Below the pieces are notes generated by a model. The model made no database searches and was not told where the DNA came from. It was given only the letters and a program-made list of their open reading frames with translations. The translations under genes and the position numbers were made by a program. A stretch of DNA of 58,674 nucleotides from an uncultured Candidatus Saccharibacteria bacterium (GTDB taxonomy: Bacteria; Patescibacteriota; Minisyncoccia; Phycocordibacterales; CAIZLB01). The DNA is taken from assembly GCA_964367655.1 (NCBI GenBank), contig CAYIYJ010000003.1, positions 3,041 through 61,714 on the forward strand, in the 5' to 3' direction. Positions 26,862-36,208 of the stretch are shown in pieces (the stretch's first letter is position 1; the number at the start of each line of letters is the position of its first letter).

Positions 26862-29800
26862 TTAGATTGTTGCCTCCATCGTTTCTAATTGAGTTATGTA
26901 GCCTTCGGTCTGGCTTACTCGATAAGTAAGTCTACCCGCTGCGTTCAATCCTGCTTTTAGTTTTTCTAGAGATTTTTTCAGACTGGTTATTAATTCAAGC
27001 TTCTTTTCTTTTTTTATTGTGAAATCTGTATATGCATCGATGACGAAAGATATCACATCAAGATCGTCTGCTGCTAGATCTTTACCGTTAATAAATCCTT
27101 CAATGGATTTAGCAACAGCTTTCATGGTGGTGTTGAATTTGATCTTTGTATTTTCTGGAATGTAAGACTCTGTCTTCATTGTATGGGCTACTGGTTCATA
27201 TCTGTCTTTTAGTGTGTGCATACCTGCAAGATCAAGTGTTGTTTTGCTTATCTTTATGATGTCATCCATATCTGATTCCAATATGTAGAAACCTATTTCT
27301 TTTTCGTATGTATCTGAAGGAAAGGTGACATGTGCTAACTGTGCTAAGTTGTCCTGCTCGGTCATACGTATCTCACGGTGCGTTTTGCTCATTTTGACCA
27401 TAAAAGGTGTTTCTTGTATATCCCGTGCTTTAACTTCTTTCTCAGCGTCAGTTATTGTTAGGTTTGCGGAAGATGCTATTAGTTTAAACATCTGGTTGTA
27501 AGCCCTCTTAATATTTTCGGGCACTGCTGGATCTGTTGGTTTGTCTATATATGCTACAAGTGTTCCCATATTTGTTTTCGCTGTATCTACAGATACTACA
27601 GGAGATGTTCTTCTTTCAACGATTTGATTATCTCTTAGTATCTTTAGTAGTGCAGTAAACCGTGTATAAGCCCTGTTCGTTACAGGGTTTGTTGTATCAA
27701 CAGCTTCTGATGCAAAAGCCGAGCCGATCCAAGAAAAGAATTTTTTAACCCCTCCTCTGTGCGCACCTAGTACGCGTTGATTGTATTTACTGAATAGTCT
27801 TGCTCCAATATTTCCAGTACTCTCTGTTGATGATCCTAAATCTTTTGTGTAATTATTACTAATATCTGTAAGATATTCTTTCATTGTATTTGCAACTAGG
27901 GCTGTATCAGCGGATGGTAGATGTTCATGGCTGTATACTTCTGCCAATTGCTCTGATGTGACTGCTGCTTTACTTACTACATCTAATTGATCGTTGAGTT
28001 TTATATATTCTGCTTCAGATGCTGCAATCTTTTCATTGTTTTCTTTTACTTTTTCTATTGTTTCTACAAGGGTTTTAACTCGGTCCAGCTGAGTCGGATC
28101 GGTGAATAGCTCATACATAAGGTGTTTAACAGATCGATCTCTGCGTATAGCCTGTTCCCTTGTTGGGGTTGATCCAAAAGTATCAAGTAATCCTTCCTTG
28201 TTTAGTTTTTGTAATTTATCGACTGTCTCAGCTTGATCTTTGTATATGGTGAACCACTCAGCTTCTGTTTTTCTAAATACTCTAGCAGATCTAACAGATT
28301 CCTGATGTGTTCCTAGTTCTATGTTTGCATCAAGCCATGTTTGGAATTTTTTGTATTCTTTTTCTTTTTGTATGTCAGGACCACCTGTCTCGAGAAAACA
28401 ATCTGGGGTTGCTAGTGTTTCTACACGAACAGGTTCAGGGGTAGGTGTAGATGTCGCTTCTGCTGTTGTGGTTGTTGCAGGTTCTGGTTTTTTTAGTGTG
28501 TCTGCGCTTATGTATCCACTGGCTATACAAGTGGCCAGAATCTCATCATTTGCAGCTCGTAACTTTGCAAGATGTGCTGGAGGTGTGTCTGATAATTCCC
28601 ACATGTTCTTATGAAGGTCTACACATGGCTGGAGGATATTTTTTTTCACATATGCTTCAACTTCTGATCCTACGGTTATACCGCCATGGAGTGCAGATGC
28701 TAAAAATTCTAATTCTTTAACTACAGGTTCTACCTGTGCCGCTGTCAAAGCTGTAACCTTTCTAAGGCCGATAGTACTATTTAATTTTCTAACAGTATTA
28801 CCTTTGAGAAGTCTTGGGTCACTATCTGCTATAGCTTTGTTTAATTCTTCCTCGGTTGTTACAGCTTCAGTTCCAGGTTTTTTTGGTTCAGGTGCAGGTT
28901 TTGTTTTTTTGAGGCCTTCTATCTTTCCTACCCCAAGCTCTTCGCATTTGGTTAATAATTCAAATACTACAAAATACAGTCTCTGTAGTTCTGTATTTTT
29001 TATATTGTTTATATCTTCTGTGAAGTATTTTATAAATGTAGAACATCTGTCAAAAACTTTTTTTACATAGGTACGAGCTGCGTCTGTAGTTAATTCTGTT
29101 GGTAGTGATGCCAATAATAAGTCTATTTCAGCAATAGCTGCAGACGTTCGTTTTGCATCTATAGGTGGAAGATTGTCTTTTGTTATAGATGTCGCTTCTC
29201 CAAGGTGGAGTTCTATAAACTTATTGATAGTGTGTAGTATACCCCCTGCCGTCCGTAGTTTTGGATCTTCTTTGATTGCTGTTTCAAAATCAGGTGCTTT
29301 TGTTTTTGGTGCTTCTGGTTTTGATGTGTCAGCCTTTTTGGTTTCTCCTTTTGCATCAACAGGTCTAGTCCCCTCTTTTTTGGCATCAGATGCCGCTGAT
29401 CTTTCTTGTATACCATGAATATTAGCAAGAGCTTTCTTTGTTCTTGTTAATAAATCTCTGATTGTTTTTATACCAGGTGGTGTTATTCGTGCTGCAGAAG
29501 GTTCATCTTTTTCATATGAATCCAAAGCAACTAAGGCAGCTAAAACCTCTGGAAGAGTTGTGTTTTGAACATAGTGTCTCAATTCTCCTTTCTGTAATTT
29601 GTTTGTATCCTCAAATGCGGTGGTTAAAGCGGTAAGTCTTTCTATAAAAAGAGCTTCAAAACCACCAGGAAAAGATTTCTTGTTTGCAAAATTATCCAAA
29701 CCGTAAGCCATCTCTCTAACAGCATCCCCTACTGCCTCAGCACCCACCTCTTCTTTCTTAACCGGTGCAGGATCAACCGCTTTAGGTTCCTTAGTATCCT

Positions 29801-30506
29801 TTTTTTGATCTGTGTTACCTTTCAGTTCCTTTATTTTATTTTCAAATCTAAAAATAATATCGTTATCATTGATATATTGCAGTTGGGCTTCTATATTCTT
29901 TCTCTCTTCAATATCTGCAGGTTCTTTGGATTGTATTAGTGCAGTACTTCTTGTAACCAATGCCGAACGATCTTCTCTTACTTTATTCAAAAAAGCTTCC
30001 AATTCTTCAATATTTTCGTTATTTTGCAGTACTTCGTTCCAAGGGGAAAGCTTTGGTTGTCCAACACCTCTTGCTGTGCTTGCAGCTCTTTTTTTACCAG
30101 CTCTAACAGTTGGCCCTGTATCATGGTTGATCAAATCTTCATCTTTCTCAGGCTCGTCCGTCTTTGGTGTATCTAAAATTGCAGCAGGCTCATCTTTTTC
30201 TGGTTCTGGCACAGGGTCCGCAGGTGCGGCCTGCTCTTTTTTCAATTGACTCTTCAGTGTTGCTACCTCTTTTTTAAACTGAGTTGCTTTTCTTTTAGAC
30301 TCTCGTTTAAGGTTCTTTAGGTTTACTAATGCTTCTGTTCGTTTCGGACCCGTATTTTCTTCATCGAAAAGATTAGTATACGCCGCAACCTCTTCTTCGG
30401 CATCTTCGAGCTTTGCTGATAAGCGAGCTATCTCCCCTTCTAGCTTACTAATAGCTTCTAGTCTTGGGTTTTGACTGTTTTCTGCTACGTTTTTTTGATT
30501 TTCCAT
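26862..30506 (-). CDS. Giant repeat-module protein of unknown function (ATG 30506; maximal ORF starts at a TTG at 30542)
   Basis: No signal peptide or TM helix. N-terminal coiled-coil/K-E-P-rich region. Repeated helical modules are separated by P/E/K/T linkers, with anchors AIKEDPKLR / AIADSDPRLL and RHYVQN / RTYVKK / AYVKK. No enzymatic motif recognised. Confidence 0.6.
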   Translation of the reverse strand: MENQKNVAENSQNPRLEAISKLEGEIARLSAKLEDAEEEVAAYTNLFDEENTGPKRTEALVNLKNLKRESKRKATQFKKEVATLKSQLKKEQAAPADPVPEPEKDEPAAILDTPKTDEPEKDEDLINHDTGPTVRAGKKRAASTARGVGQPKLSPWNEVLQNNENIEELEAFLNKVREDRSALVTRSTALIQSKEPADIEERKNIEAQLQYINDNDIIFRFENKIKELKGNTDQKKDTKEPKAVDPAPVKKEEVGAEAVGDAVREMAYGLDNFANKKSFPGGFEALFIERLTALTTAFEDTNKLQKGELRHYVQNTTLPEVLAALVALDSYEKDEPSAARITPPGIKTIRDLLTRTKKALANIHGIQERSAASDAKKEGTRPVDAKGETKKADTSKPEAPKTKAPDFETAIKEDPKLRTAGGILHTINKFIELHLGEATSITKDNLPPIDAKRTSAAIAEIDLLLASLPTELTTDAARTYVKKVFDRCSTFIKYFTEDINNIKNTELQRLYFVVFELLTKCEELGVGKIEGLKKTKPAPEPKKPGTEAVTTEEELNKAIADSDPRLLKGNTVRKLNSTIGLRKVTALTAAQVEPVVKELEFLASALHGGITVGSEVEAYVKKNILQPCVDLHKNMWELSDTPPAHLAKLRAANDEILATCIASGYISADTLKKPEPATTTTAEATSTPTPEPVRVETLATPDCFLETGGPDIQKEKEYKKFQTWLDANIELGTHQESVRSARVFRKTEAEWFTIYKDQAETVDKLQKLNKEGLLDTFGSTPTREQAIRRDRSVKHLMYELFTDPTQLDRVKTLVETIEKVKENNEKIAASEAEYIKLNDQLDVVSKAAVTSEQLAEVYSHEHLPSADTALVANTMKEYLTDISNNYTKDLGSSTESTGNIGARLFSKYNQRVLGAHRGGVKKFFSWIGSAFASEAVDTTNPVTNRAYTRFTALLKILRDNQIVERRTSPVVSVDTAKTNMGTLVAYIDKPTDPAVPENIKRAYNQMFKLIASSANLTITDAEKEVKARDIQETPFMVKMSKTHREIRMTEQDNLAQLAHVTFPSDTYEKEIGFYILESDMDDIIKISKTTLDLAGMHTLKDRYEPVAHTMKTESYIPENTKIKFNTTMKAVAKSIEGFINGKDLAADDLDVISFVIDAYTDFTIKKEKKLELITSLKKSLEKLKAGLNAAGRLTYRVSQTEGYITQLETMEATI

Positions 30507-30512
30507 TGAAAA

Positions 30513-30542
30513 ATTATACCACGTAAACGAATACCCGGGCAA
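30513..30542 (-). promoter_or_regulatory. Putative promoter giving a leaderless or near-leaderless mRNA for the giant protein gene
   Basis: Minus-strand TTGCCC (30537-30542), 18-nt spacer, extended -10 TGGTATAAT (30513-30521). Only 6 nt separate the -10 element from ATG 30506. Confidence 0.3.
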
Positions 30543-30666
30543 TTGAACTCTTGTTGTGGATATAATAGACTATATATCGTGCAATACTTAGAGTGTAACT
30601 AGGTATTTATTTACATAAAACAAGGTTATTTTATCTCATAAATCTTCAACCCTGTTTACAGGGTTA

Positions 30667-31821
30667 ATGGTATTCGTTACTGCTTCGACATTATTTCTGG
30701 CCGCTGGTACAACAAAGATGGTACAAGCCTCACGGTTTGTACCAGAAAGTCATATTTTTAATCCAAACTCTCGTATAGAAGGTCTGGTTTCTTTGAACAG
30801 TCCTGTTAATTACGTTGCTCAGAGACCGGTTATTAAAATTGGTTCTGCCAAAAAACCTGTTTCTAAAAAGGTTAATGCTGTGAACTTGGATGGAAAACTG
30901 TTGGTAATTAAGGGTTTTACAGCTGAAGGTGTAGTTAATCCTGAGACAGAAGTATCAATCGATGAGCTTAATGCCTTGTCTCAGATCAATGAAACATCTG
31001 TTGTTGATTCTTCTGCAAACACACAAGTTGGAGATATTCTTGCAACAGAAATAATTGTAGACATACCACCACTAACAGATGAACCTGTTGCTTTGGAGGA
31101 TGACGGAGAAATCGAAGAGTATGAGGTTCAAAATGGGGATACTCTAGCATCAATCTCTCAAAAGTTTAATATATCTGTAGATACAATCGTTTGGGCTAAC
31201 GATCTGAAGAAGAATGATGTTATAAAAGTTGGTCGAAAATTGGCTATCCTCCCTATCTCTGGAGTGGCCTACACTATTAAAAGTGGAGACACTGTGAGTG
31301 GTATTGCTGATAAGTTTGATGTCTCTCAGAGAGAATTGGTTGAGTTTAACGATCTTGAAGACGGAAGGTTGATTGTAGGTCAGCGTATTATTATCCCTGG
31401 AGGAACATTGAAAAATAATGACTCTAAGCCAGCGGTAAAAAATACTCCAAAATCAAGTACAAATAACACTGCTGCAGGTTATTTCTCAAGACCGCTAGTT
31501 GGAGGTGTAAAAAGTCAGGGAATTCACGGTCACAACGGTATTGATATAGCAGGTCCTATAGGGTTACCTGTTCTTGCAGCTCGAGACGGTGTTGTTACGT
31601 TGGTTCGTGGTGGTAGTAGTTGGAATGGTGGTTACGGTAACTATGTTGTTATTACTCACGACAATGGAATTAAGACCTTGTATGCTCACATGAACTCTAT
31701 AAGTGTTACACAAGGTCAAAAAGTTGCTCGAGGTAAACAAGTTGGTACACTGGGTAATACAGGACGTTCAACTGGGCCACACCTACACTTCGAGGTTCGT
31801 GGTGCAAAGAACCCATTCTAG
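30667..31821 (+). CDS. LysM-domain M23 family peptidoglycan endopeptidase
   Basis: Two LysM repeats (YEVQNGDTLASISQKFNISVDTI; YTIKSGDTVSGIADKFDVSQREL). M23 motifs HNGIDIAG...YAHMNS...GNTGRSTGPHLHFEV. Confidence 0.9.
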   Translation: MVFVTASTLFLAAGTTKMVQASRFVPESHIFNPNSRIEGLVSLNSPVNYVAQRPVIKIGSAKKPVSKKVNAVNLDGKLLVIKGFTAEGVVNPETEVSIDELNALSQINETSVVDSSANTQVGDILATEIIVDIPPLTDEPVALEDDGEIEEYEVQNGDTLASISQKFNISVDTIVWANDLKKNDVIKVGRKLAILPISGVAYTIKSGDTVSGIADKFDVSQRELVEFNDLEDGRLIVGQRIIIPGGTLKNNDSKPAVKNTPKSSTNNTAAGYFSRPLVGGVKSQGIHGHNGIDIAGPIGLPVLAARDGVVTLVRGGSSWNGGYGNYVVITHDNGIKTLYAHMNSISVTQGQKVARGKQVGTLGNTGRSTGPHLHFEVRGAKNPF

Positions 31822-33203
31822 TCGGTTTTGTGGATCAAGTTAAAAGCTTCCAACACATGACACTCCTGTATAAGGGGTGTTTTGTTTTTTTGGATGTCGG
31901 GGTATTCTTTCATGAATAATATGGTTTTTGATACGGTCACGACGTGGTGTATATCAGAAGCTACTAGTTTTGTGGAGATTGTTTTCAAGATCGCTAAGCC
32001 TTTTTTATCTAAGATCCTGCTTAAATACACGTCTTCCTTCTCGCCCTCCAGTTGTTCGTATCTAGAAAGGTTAAGCCTTCGAATGTTTTTTATAAAACCT
32101 AGGTGGGATTGTATTAGTAAATACTGTCTGGGAGAAAGGGGTTGCGTCAGCGCTGTGACAAATGCTTGTGTGATGTATGCTCTGGTCACAATTCTTAACT
32201 TTTTATTGTGTAAAGAGATTGATTTTTGTGTACATAAACACTGTTGTTTTGGGTTTCCACATGGACAGATTGGACAAGATAAAAAACACAAAGATCTGCC
32301 GGAGGTGTTTGTTTCTGTATAGGTGGTTTTCTTTGTTTGATCATAGACATCCAATCTGTTGGTATGCAACTTGTCGATAGTTGTATCTGTGTATGTATGC
32401 GTCTTGGACATGGATACTATATCTGAAACAGGTATTTGAGGAGATATTGTATTTATAAGTTTTTCTAAGCCTTGTAAGTTATAAAACTTGTCTGATCTAA
32501 TAAGAAGGTTGTGATCTCCACACAATGATACGCACAGTGTGTGTAATAATACATCTCTGTATATCAACCCTTCTACTTCAGCCCGAGTATCTGTTGTTGA
32601 TATGTATGTATCTGTACAAGCACCTTGTATATCTTTTGGTAAAGTATATAAAACCCTGTTTTCAATGTTTGAATATATCTCTTTCACTGTTGATCCGCAT
32701 ATAAAATGAATACCTCGTGTTTGAGCGTATTCTATAAACTGTACGGGTATGTATTCAATATCTAAGTCAGTACATGCTATATATTGAATATTATTATCTA
32801 CTGCTAGACTTATAGCTTGAATAAGTCTGTGTGATGGAATAACAGCTCCCGTTATGGACAGTTCTCCAAGGGCCAGTATCGTATCTTCGTTTTTATTATT
32901 GTGAATACAATACGTGCAAGACAGTGCTACTGCCAACTCGCAAAGTTGAGGTTTTACACACTGGCCCCCTTCAGTGTTGGAACGTAGGCATGTTGTTATT
33001 TTTCTATTGTCTGATTTTAAGTTTAATAATCCAGATGCTCGCAGAGAGGTATAAACTTTGTGCTTTGTGTCAGATGCAAGTTTCTGTGTTGTTCCAATAA
33101 TGTCGAATCTGTACATACCACCAGAAACAACTGTCTCTACGTGAACAAGCTCAACACCTGCTGGGATTGTTTCTAGTGAGTAAAACGTATTATTTGATCG
33201 CAT
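31818..33203 (-). CDS. ComM/YifB (Mg-chelatase-like) homologue lacking the AAA+ ATPase core
   Basis: N-terminal Lon-like domain and C-terminal helical domain are retained, as is the C-x-C-P-C-G...C-x-C cluster (CPICPCGNPKQQCLC). The Walker A site reads GDHNLLIRSDKFYNL instead of GGHNLL.GPPG.GKT. No Walker B or sensor region is evident. Confidence 0.6.
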   Translation of the reverse strand: MRSNNTFYSLETIPAGVELVHVETVVSGGMYRFDIIGTTQKLASDTKHKVYTSLRASGLLNLKSDNRKITTCLRSNTEGGQCVKPQLCELAVALSCTYCIHNNKNEDTILALGELSITGAVIPSHRLIQAISLAVDNNIQYIACTDLDIEYIPVQFIEYAQTRGIHFICGSTVKEIYSNIENRVLYTLPKDIQGACTDTYISTTDTRAEVEGLIYRDVLLHTLCVSLCGDHNLLIRSDKFYNLQGLEKLINTISPQIPVSDIVSMSKTHTYTDTTIDKLHTNRLDVYDQTKKTTYTETNTSGRSLCFLSCPICPCGNPKQQCLCTQKSISLHNKKLRIVTRAYITQAFVTALTQPLSPRQYLLIQSHLGFIKNIRRLNLSRYEQLEGEKEDVYLSRILDKKGLAILKTISTKLVASDIHHVVTVSKTILFMKEYPDIQKNKTPLIQECHVLEAFNLIHKTD

Positions 33204-33257
33204 GATCTACATCATAGCGATGTAGAGATAAACTTTTTATAAATAAAAAGTAAAGTT

Positions 33258-34232
33258 CTACCGAAGAATGTTTTTATTTAGCAGGCGTTCCTTTATCTCA
33301 ACAAAAGATTCAATTCCACCAGAAATAATCAAATAGTCTTTGTTTATAAAGCCGTATACGAACTGTATGATGCCGTCTTCATCTGTATAAACTCGAGTAT
33401 CTGTATTTTTTATAACTACATCTTTGAATCCAGGAGTGTATTTTTTAAGCACAACAGGACTACTTGTCGCTGTTGAGGTTGCCATACTTTCTGTACTAGA
33501 AGCTGTCTGCGTACCATCAAAAAACATATCATTAAAATCTAGTGGTAGATAAGGCTCCCAGTTCAACATGCTTGAAAAAGCTGTATCAAATGAGTCGACT
33601 TTGAAAAGTACAAACGTTTCAAATACGTTGTTTTTGTTGTTATATACACCAAATGAATAGTCTGTAGTCAATGCTCGAATAAGACTTTCATCACCAGAGT
33701 ATCTGTTTTTTTCAAAAAAATCTGCAGTTGTAAGACCTAGCTCTAGTTCAACCATTGTATTACGAGTTATCTTCTTCTCTCTTAAGTCTGATTGTATCTT
33801 TCTAATTTTCTCCACTCCGGCAGCTTTACTCAACTCTTTTAGGTTTATCTGCAGTAAGGCTTCTGCTTCTAGGATACTTCTGTGTTGCAGTGTCGTGGTT
33901 GCTTGTGTGTCAGGGTTTTGGTTTATTGTTGGTGTATCTGTTTTTGAAAATATGTACCAAGCCCCTACCCCAACAATGAGAACTGTGCATAAAACAAATA
34001 GGAAAATAATTTTTTTACTATTTGATTCTCGATCTGTAGGTGCTGTTGTTTGTTTGTGAGATGCTTGAGTGGCAATCTTTACAATATTATTTGAATAATT
34101 TTTATCGTTTACAGCACGAAATATATCCCCTTCAAGTGTATGTATTGAAGATTGTTTTGGTGTTGTATCTGCCCCTGCATCTGTGCCATTGTTTTTCACT
34201 GGTGATACTGTTGGTGGGATTTCTTCTGCCAT
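33258..34232 (-). CDS. Membrane-anchored hypothetical protein
   Basis: 324 aa with a single TM helix IIFLFVLCTVLIVGVGAWYIF after a polar N-terminal region. Confidence 0.5.
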   Translation of the reverse strand: MAEEIPPTVSPVKNNGTDAGADTTPKQSSIHTLEGDIFRAVNDKNYSNNIVKIATQASHKQTTAPTDRESNSKKIIFLFVLCTVLIVGVGAWYIFSKTDTPTINQNPDTQATTTLQHRSILEAEALLQINLKELSKAAGVEKIRKIQSDLREKKITRNTMVELELGLTTADFFEKNRYSGDESLIRALTTDYSFGVYNNKNNVFETFVLFKVDSFDTAFSSMLNWEPYLPLDFNDMFFDGTQTASSTESMATSTATSSPVVLKKYTPGFKDVVIKNTDTRVYTDEDGIIQFVYGFINKDYLIISGGIESFVEIKERLLNKNILR

Positions 34233-34235
34233 TGT

Positions 34236-34856
34236 TTATTTCTTCTTTATGTTTATAAAACGTCTCTTCCCTGCGCCTTTGTGTCCAGAAAACATCAAAT
34301 ATCTTGAAGGGTTTTCAGATAGATCAATAAACGCATCAACTTTTTCTTTTATGATTAATGATGTTGATTGACCAAAAGCCATAACTTCTACTCGACAGCC
34401 GTAAGTTCCTTGTAGATATTCAACTAGATGAGTGAAATCACCGTCGCCTGATGCGATGATGATAACATCAAGTTTTGAAGCCAATCTAACAGCGTCAATT
34501 GCTAATCCTACATCCCAATCCGCTTTCTTCGATCCCCCACTGAATATTTGAATGTCCTTAATCTTGGTTTCAATACCAATCTTCTCGAGTGCGTCGAAAA
34601 AGTTTTTTTCTTCTTCTGAGTCTGTGTTTATAACGTATGCAATAGCGCGAATCAGATCTCGGCCAGCAGTTGCATCAGTTACAATGTTTTGAAAGTTTAC
34701 TTTTGCCCTGTATAAGTTTTTTGCTCCGTGGTAGAGGTTTTGCGTGTCGATCAAGATACCAACTCGCTGCCCTCGATGTTTCAGTGTGTCTTTGGAAACA
34801 TCTTTTAATGATATGTTTGATGAGCCATTGTTTTGATTAGCTGTAGTGTTTTCCAT
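34236..34856 (-). CDS. NYN-domain (LabA/DUF88-like) putative RNase
   Basis: GILIDTQNLYHGAKNLY..., DVGLAIDAV, IIIASGDGDFTHLV pattern of NYN/LabA proteins. Confidence 0.7.
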   Translation of the reverse strand: MENTTANQNNGSSNISLKDVSKDTLKHRGQRVGILIDTQNLYHGAKNLYRAKVNFQNIVTDATAGRDLIRAIAYVINTDSEEEKNFFDALEKIGIETKIKDIQIFSGGSKKADWDVGLAIDAVRLASKLDVIIIASGDGDFTHLVEYLQGTYGCRVEVMAFGQSTSLIIKEKVDAFIDLSENPSRYLMFSGHKGAGKRRFINIKKK

Positions 34857-34885
34857 AATGATTGTATTATAACATATGTAAATGT

Positions 34886-34916
34886 AAAAAGACTTGCCTA
34901 TCTTGCAAGTCTTTTT
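34886..34916 (-). terminator. Rho-independent terminator after rpsO
   Basis: AAAAAGACTTGC ... GCAAGTCTTTTT hairpin between rpsO and the NYN gene. Confidence 0.65.
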
Positions 34917-34944
34917 ACTAAGAATTATTGATTGAAATCAAATA

Positions 34945-35208
34945 TTATTTGTTTTTCACAATAGCTAGTGACGCTGCGTAACGCTCAGGACTTTTTCGTT
35001 GTAGGTATTTCATGTGAGCTTGTCTCTTTGAAACCATTTTTAATAGTCCTTTACGTGAGTGGTTGTCTTTTTTGTGAGTTTTTAGATGACCTGACAAATA
35101 CTCTATTCGCTCTGTTAAAACAGCCACCTGTACATCTGGAGACCCTGTATCAGTATCGTGGATTTTTGCCTTAGAAATGATTTTAGTTTTTTTATTTTTA
35201 GATAACAT
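34945..35208 (-). CDS. rpsO: 30S ribosomal protein S15
   Basis: GSPDVQVAVLTERIEYLSGHLKTHKKDNHSRKGLLKMVSKR matches the S15 consensus. Confidence 0.93.
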   Translation of the reverse strand: MLSKNKKTKIISKAKIHDTDTGSPDVQVAVLTERIEYLSGHLKTHKKDNHSRKGLLKMVSKRQAHMKYLQRKSPERYAASLAIVKNK

Positions 35209-35237
35209 GCTAATATACTATCACACAAAGAATAAGT

Positions 35238-36191
35238 ATGCAACAAAAAAGCCTTATAAAAACAGATGATTTCACAGAAATAACCAAGGCAATACAAGAC
35301 TTTCTTGAATATGTAGAGATTGAAAAAGGTAGGAGTTTAAAAACTATAGAGAATTATGCAAGATATTTGCATCATTTTGGTCAGTTTCTAAAGGACACGG
35401 GAATAAAGCATCTAAAAGACATTCAGAGACAGACTATAAGAGACTATCGTCTACAGCTGAATCGTAAAAAAGTCAGTAAAAATAAGGCTGAAACGGAGTA
35501 CTTGTCCAAAAAGACACAAAATTACTACCTGATCGCAATAAGGGCCTTTTTAAAATACCTCGGAATGATCGGTATAGAGGTTGTTTCACCAGAAACAGTT
35601 GAATTAGCAAAAACTGCCGAAAGGCACATTTCTTTTATGAGTGAGGGGGAATTGGGTAGTTTACTGGCTCAGCCTGAGAAAAACACTGAAAAATCAAGTA
35701 AATTAACGATTTATCGGGATAAAGCTATACTAGAGCTGCTGTTTACCACAGGATTACGTGTTTCAGAGCTGTGTTCACTGGATATGGATCTTGATATGAC
35801 CAATCTAGAGTTTTCTATACGGGGTAAGGGAAGTAAGGTTAGGGTTGTGTTTTTGAACAAAGAAGTGTTGGAAACCGTTGATAAATATAGGAAATTGATG
35901 GATTCTAACCCTGAATCTATGGTTTCTGATAAATTGTTTCAGGTGACACCTAGAAGTGTGGAGAGGATAGTAAAAAAGTATGCAATACGGGCCGGAATAT
36001 CAAAAAAGATAACACCTCACATCCTGAGACATAGCTTTGCGACAACTTTGCTGCAAAATGGTGCTGATATCCGTTCTGTACAGGCAATGCTAGGCCATGC
36101 TAGTATAGCGACAACGCAGATATATACACATGTTACGGATTCTCATCTAAAAAAGATTCATCAGCAGTTTCACAAGAAACCAAATAAATAA
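35238..36191 (+). CDS. Tyrosine recombinase, XerC/XerD-like
   Basis: N-terminal SAM-like domain; catalytic region GLRVSEL...HILRHSFATTLLQNGADIRSVQAMLGHASIATTQIYTHV. Confidence 0.85.
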   Translation: MQQKSLIKTDDFTEITKAIQDFLEYVEIEKGRSLKTIENYARYLHHFGQFLKDTGIKHLKDIQRQTIRDYRLQLNRKKVSKNKAETEYLSKKTQNYYLIAIRAFLKYLGMIGIEVVSPETVELAKTAERHISFMSEGELGSLLAQPEKNTEKSSKLTIYRDKAILELLFTTGLRVSELCSLDMDLDMTNLEFSIRGKGSKVRVVFLNKEVLETVDKYRKLMDSNPESMVSDKLFQVTPRSVERIVKKYAIRAGISKKITPHILRHSFATTLLQNGADIRSVQAMLGHASIATTQIYTHVTDSHLKKIHQQFHKKPNK

Positions 36192-36208
36192 AACTTAAAC
36201 TTAAATAT

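Noticed and set aside
24566-30542. UvrD-like helicase next to a giant unknown protein as a possible defence pair (Gabija/Hachiman-like)
   Set aside because: The helicase carries the full canonical PcrA/UvrD motif set and is the only one in the window. The giant partner has no nuclease, ATPase or TOPRIM motif. A housekeeping pcrA is the simpler explanation.
30648-30669. Hairpin AACCCTG-ttta-CAGGGTT ending 1 nt before the LysM-M23 start codon
   Set aside because: It could occlude translation initiation, but it is a short 7-bp stem with no supporting evidence. It may equally be fortuitous.
35238-36191. Tyrosine recombinase as a possible marker of an integrated mobile element
   Set aside because: It has the XerC/XerD domain layout and sits between rpsO and xth with no flanking repeats, tRNA attachment site or phage/ICE cargo. 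It is most likely the housekeeping chromosome-dimer resolvase.
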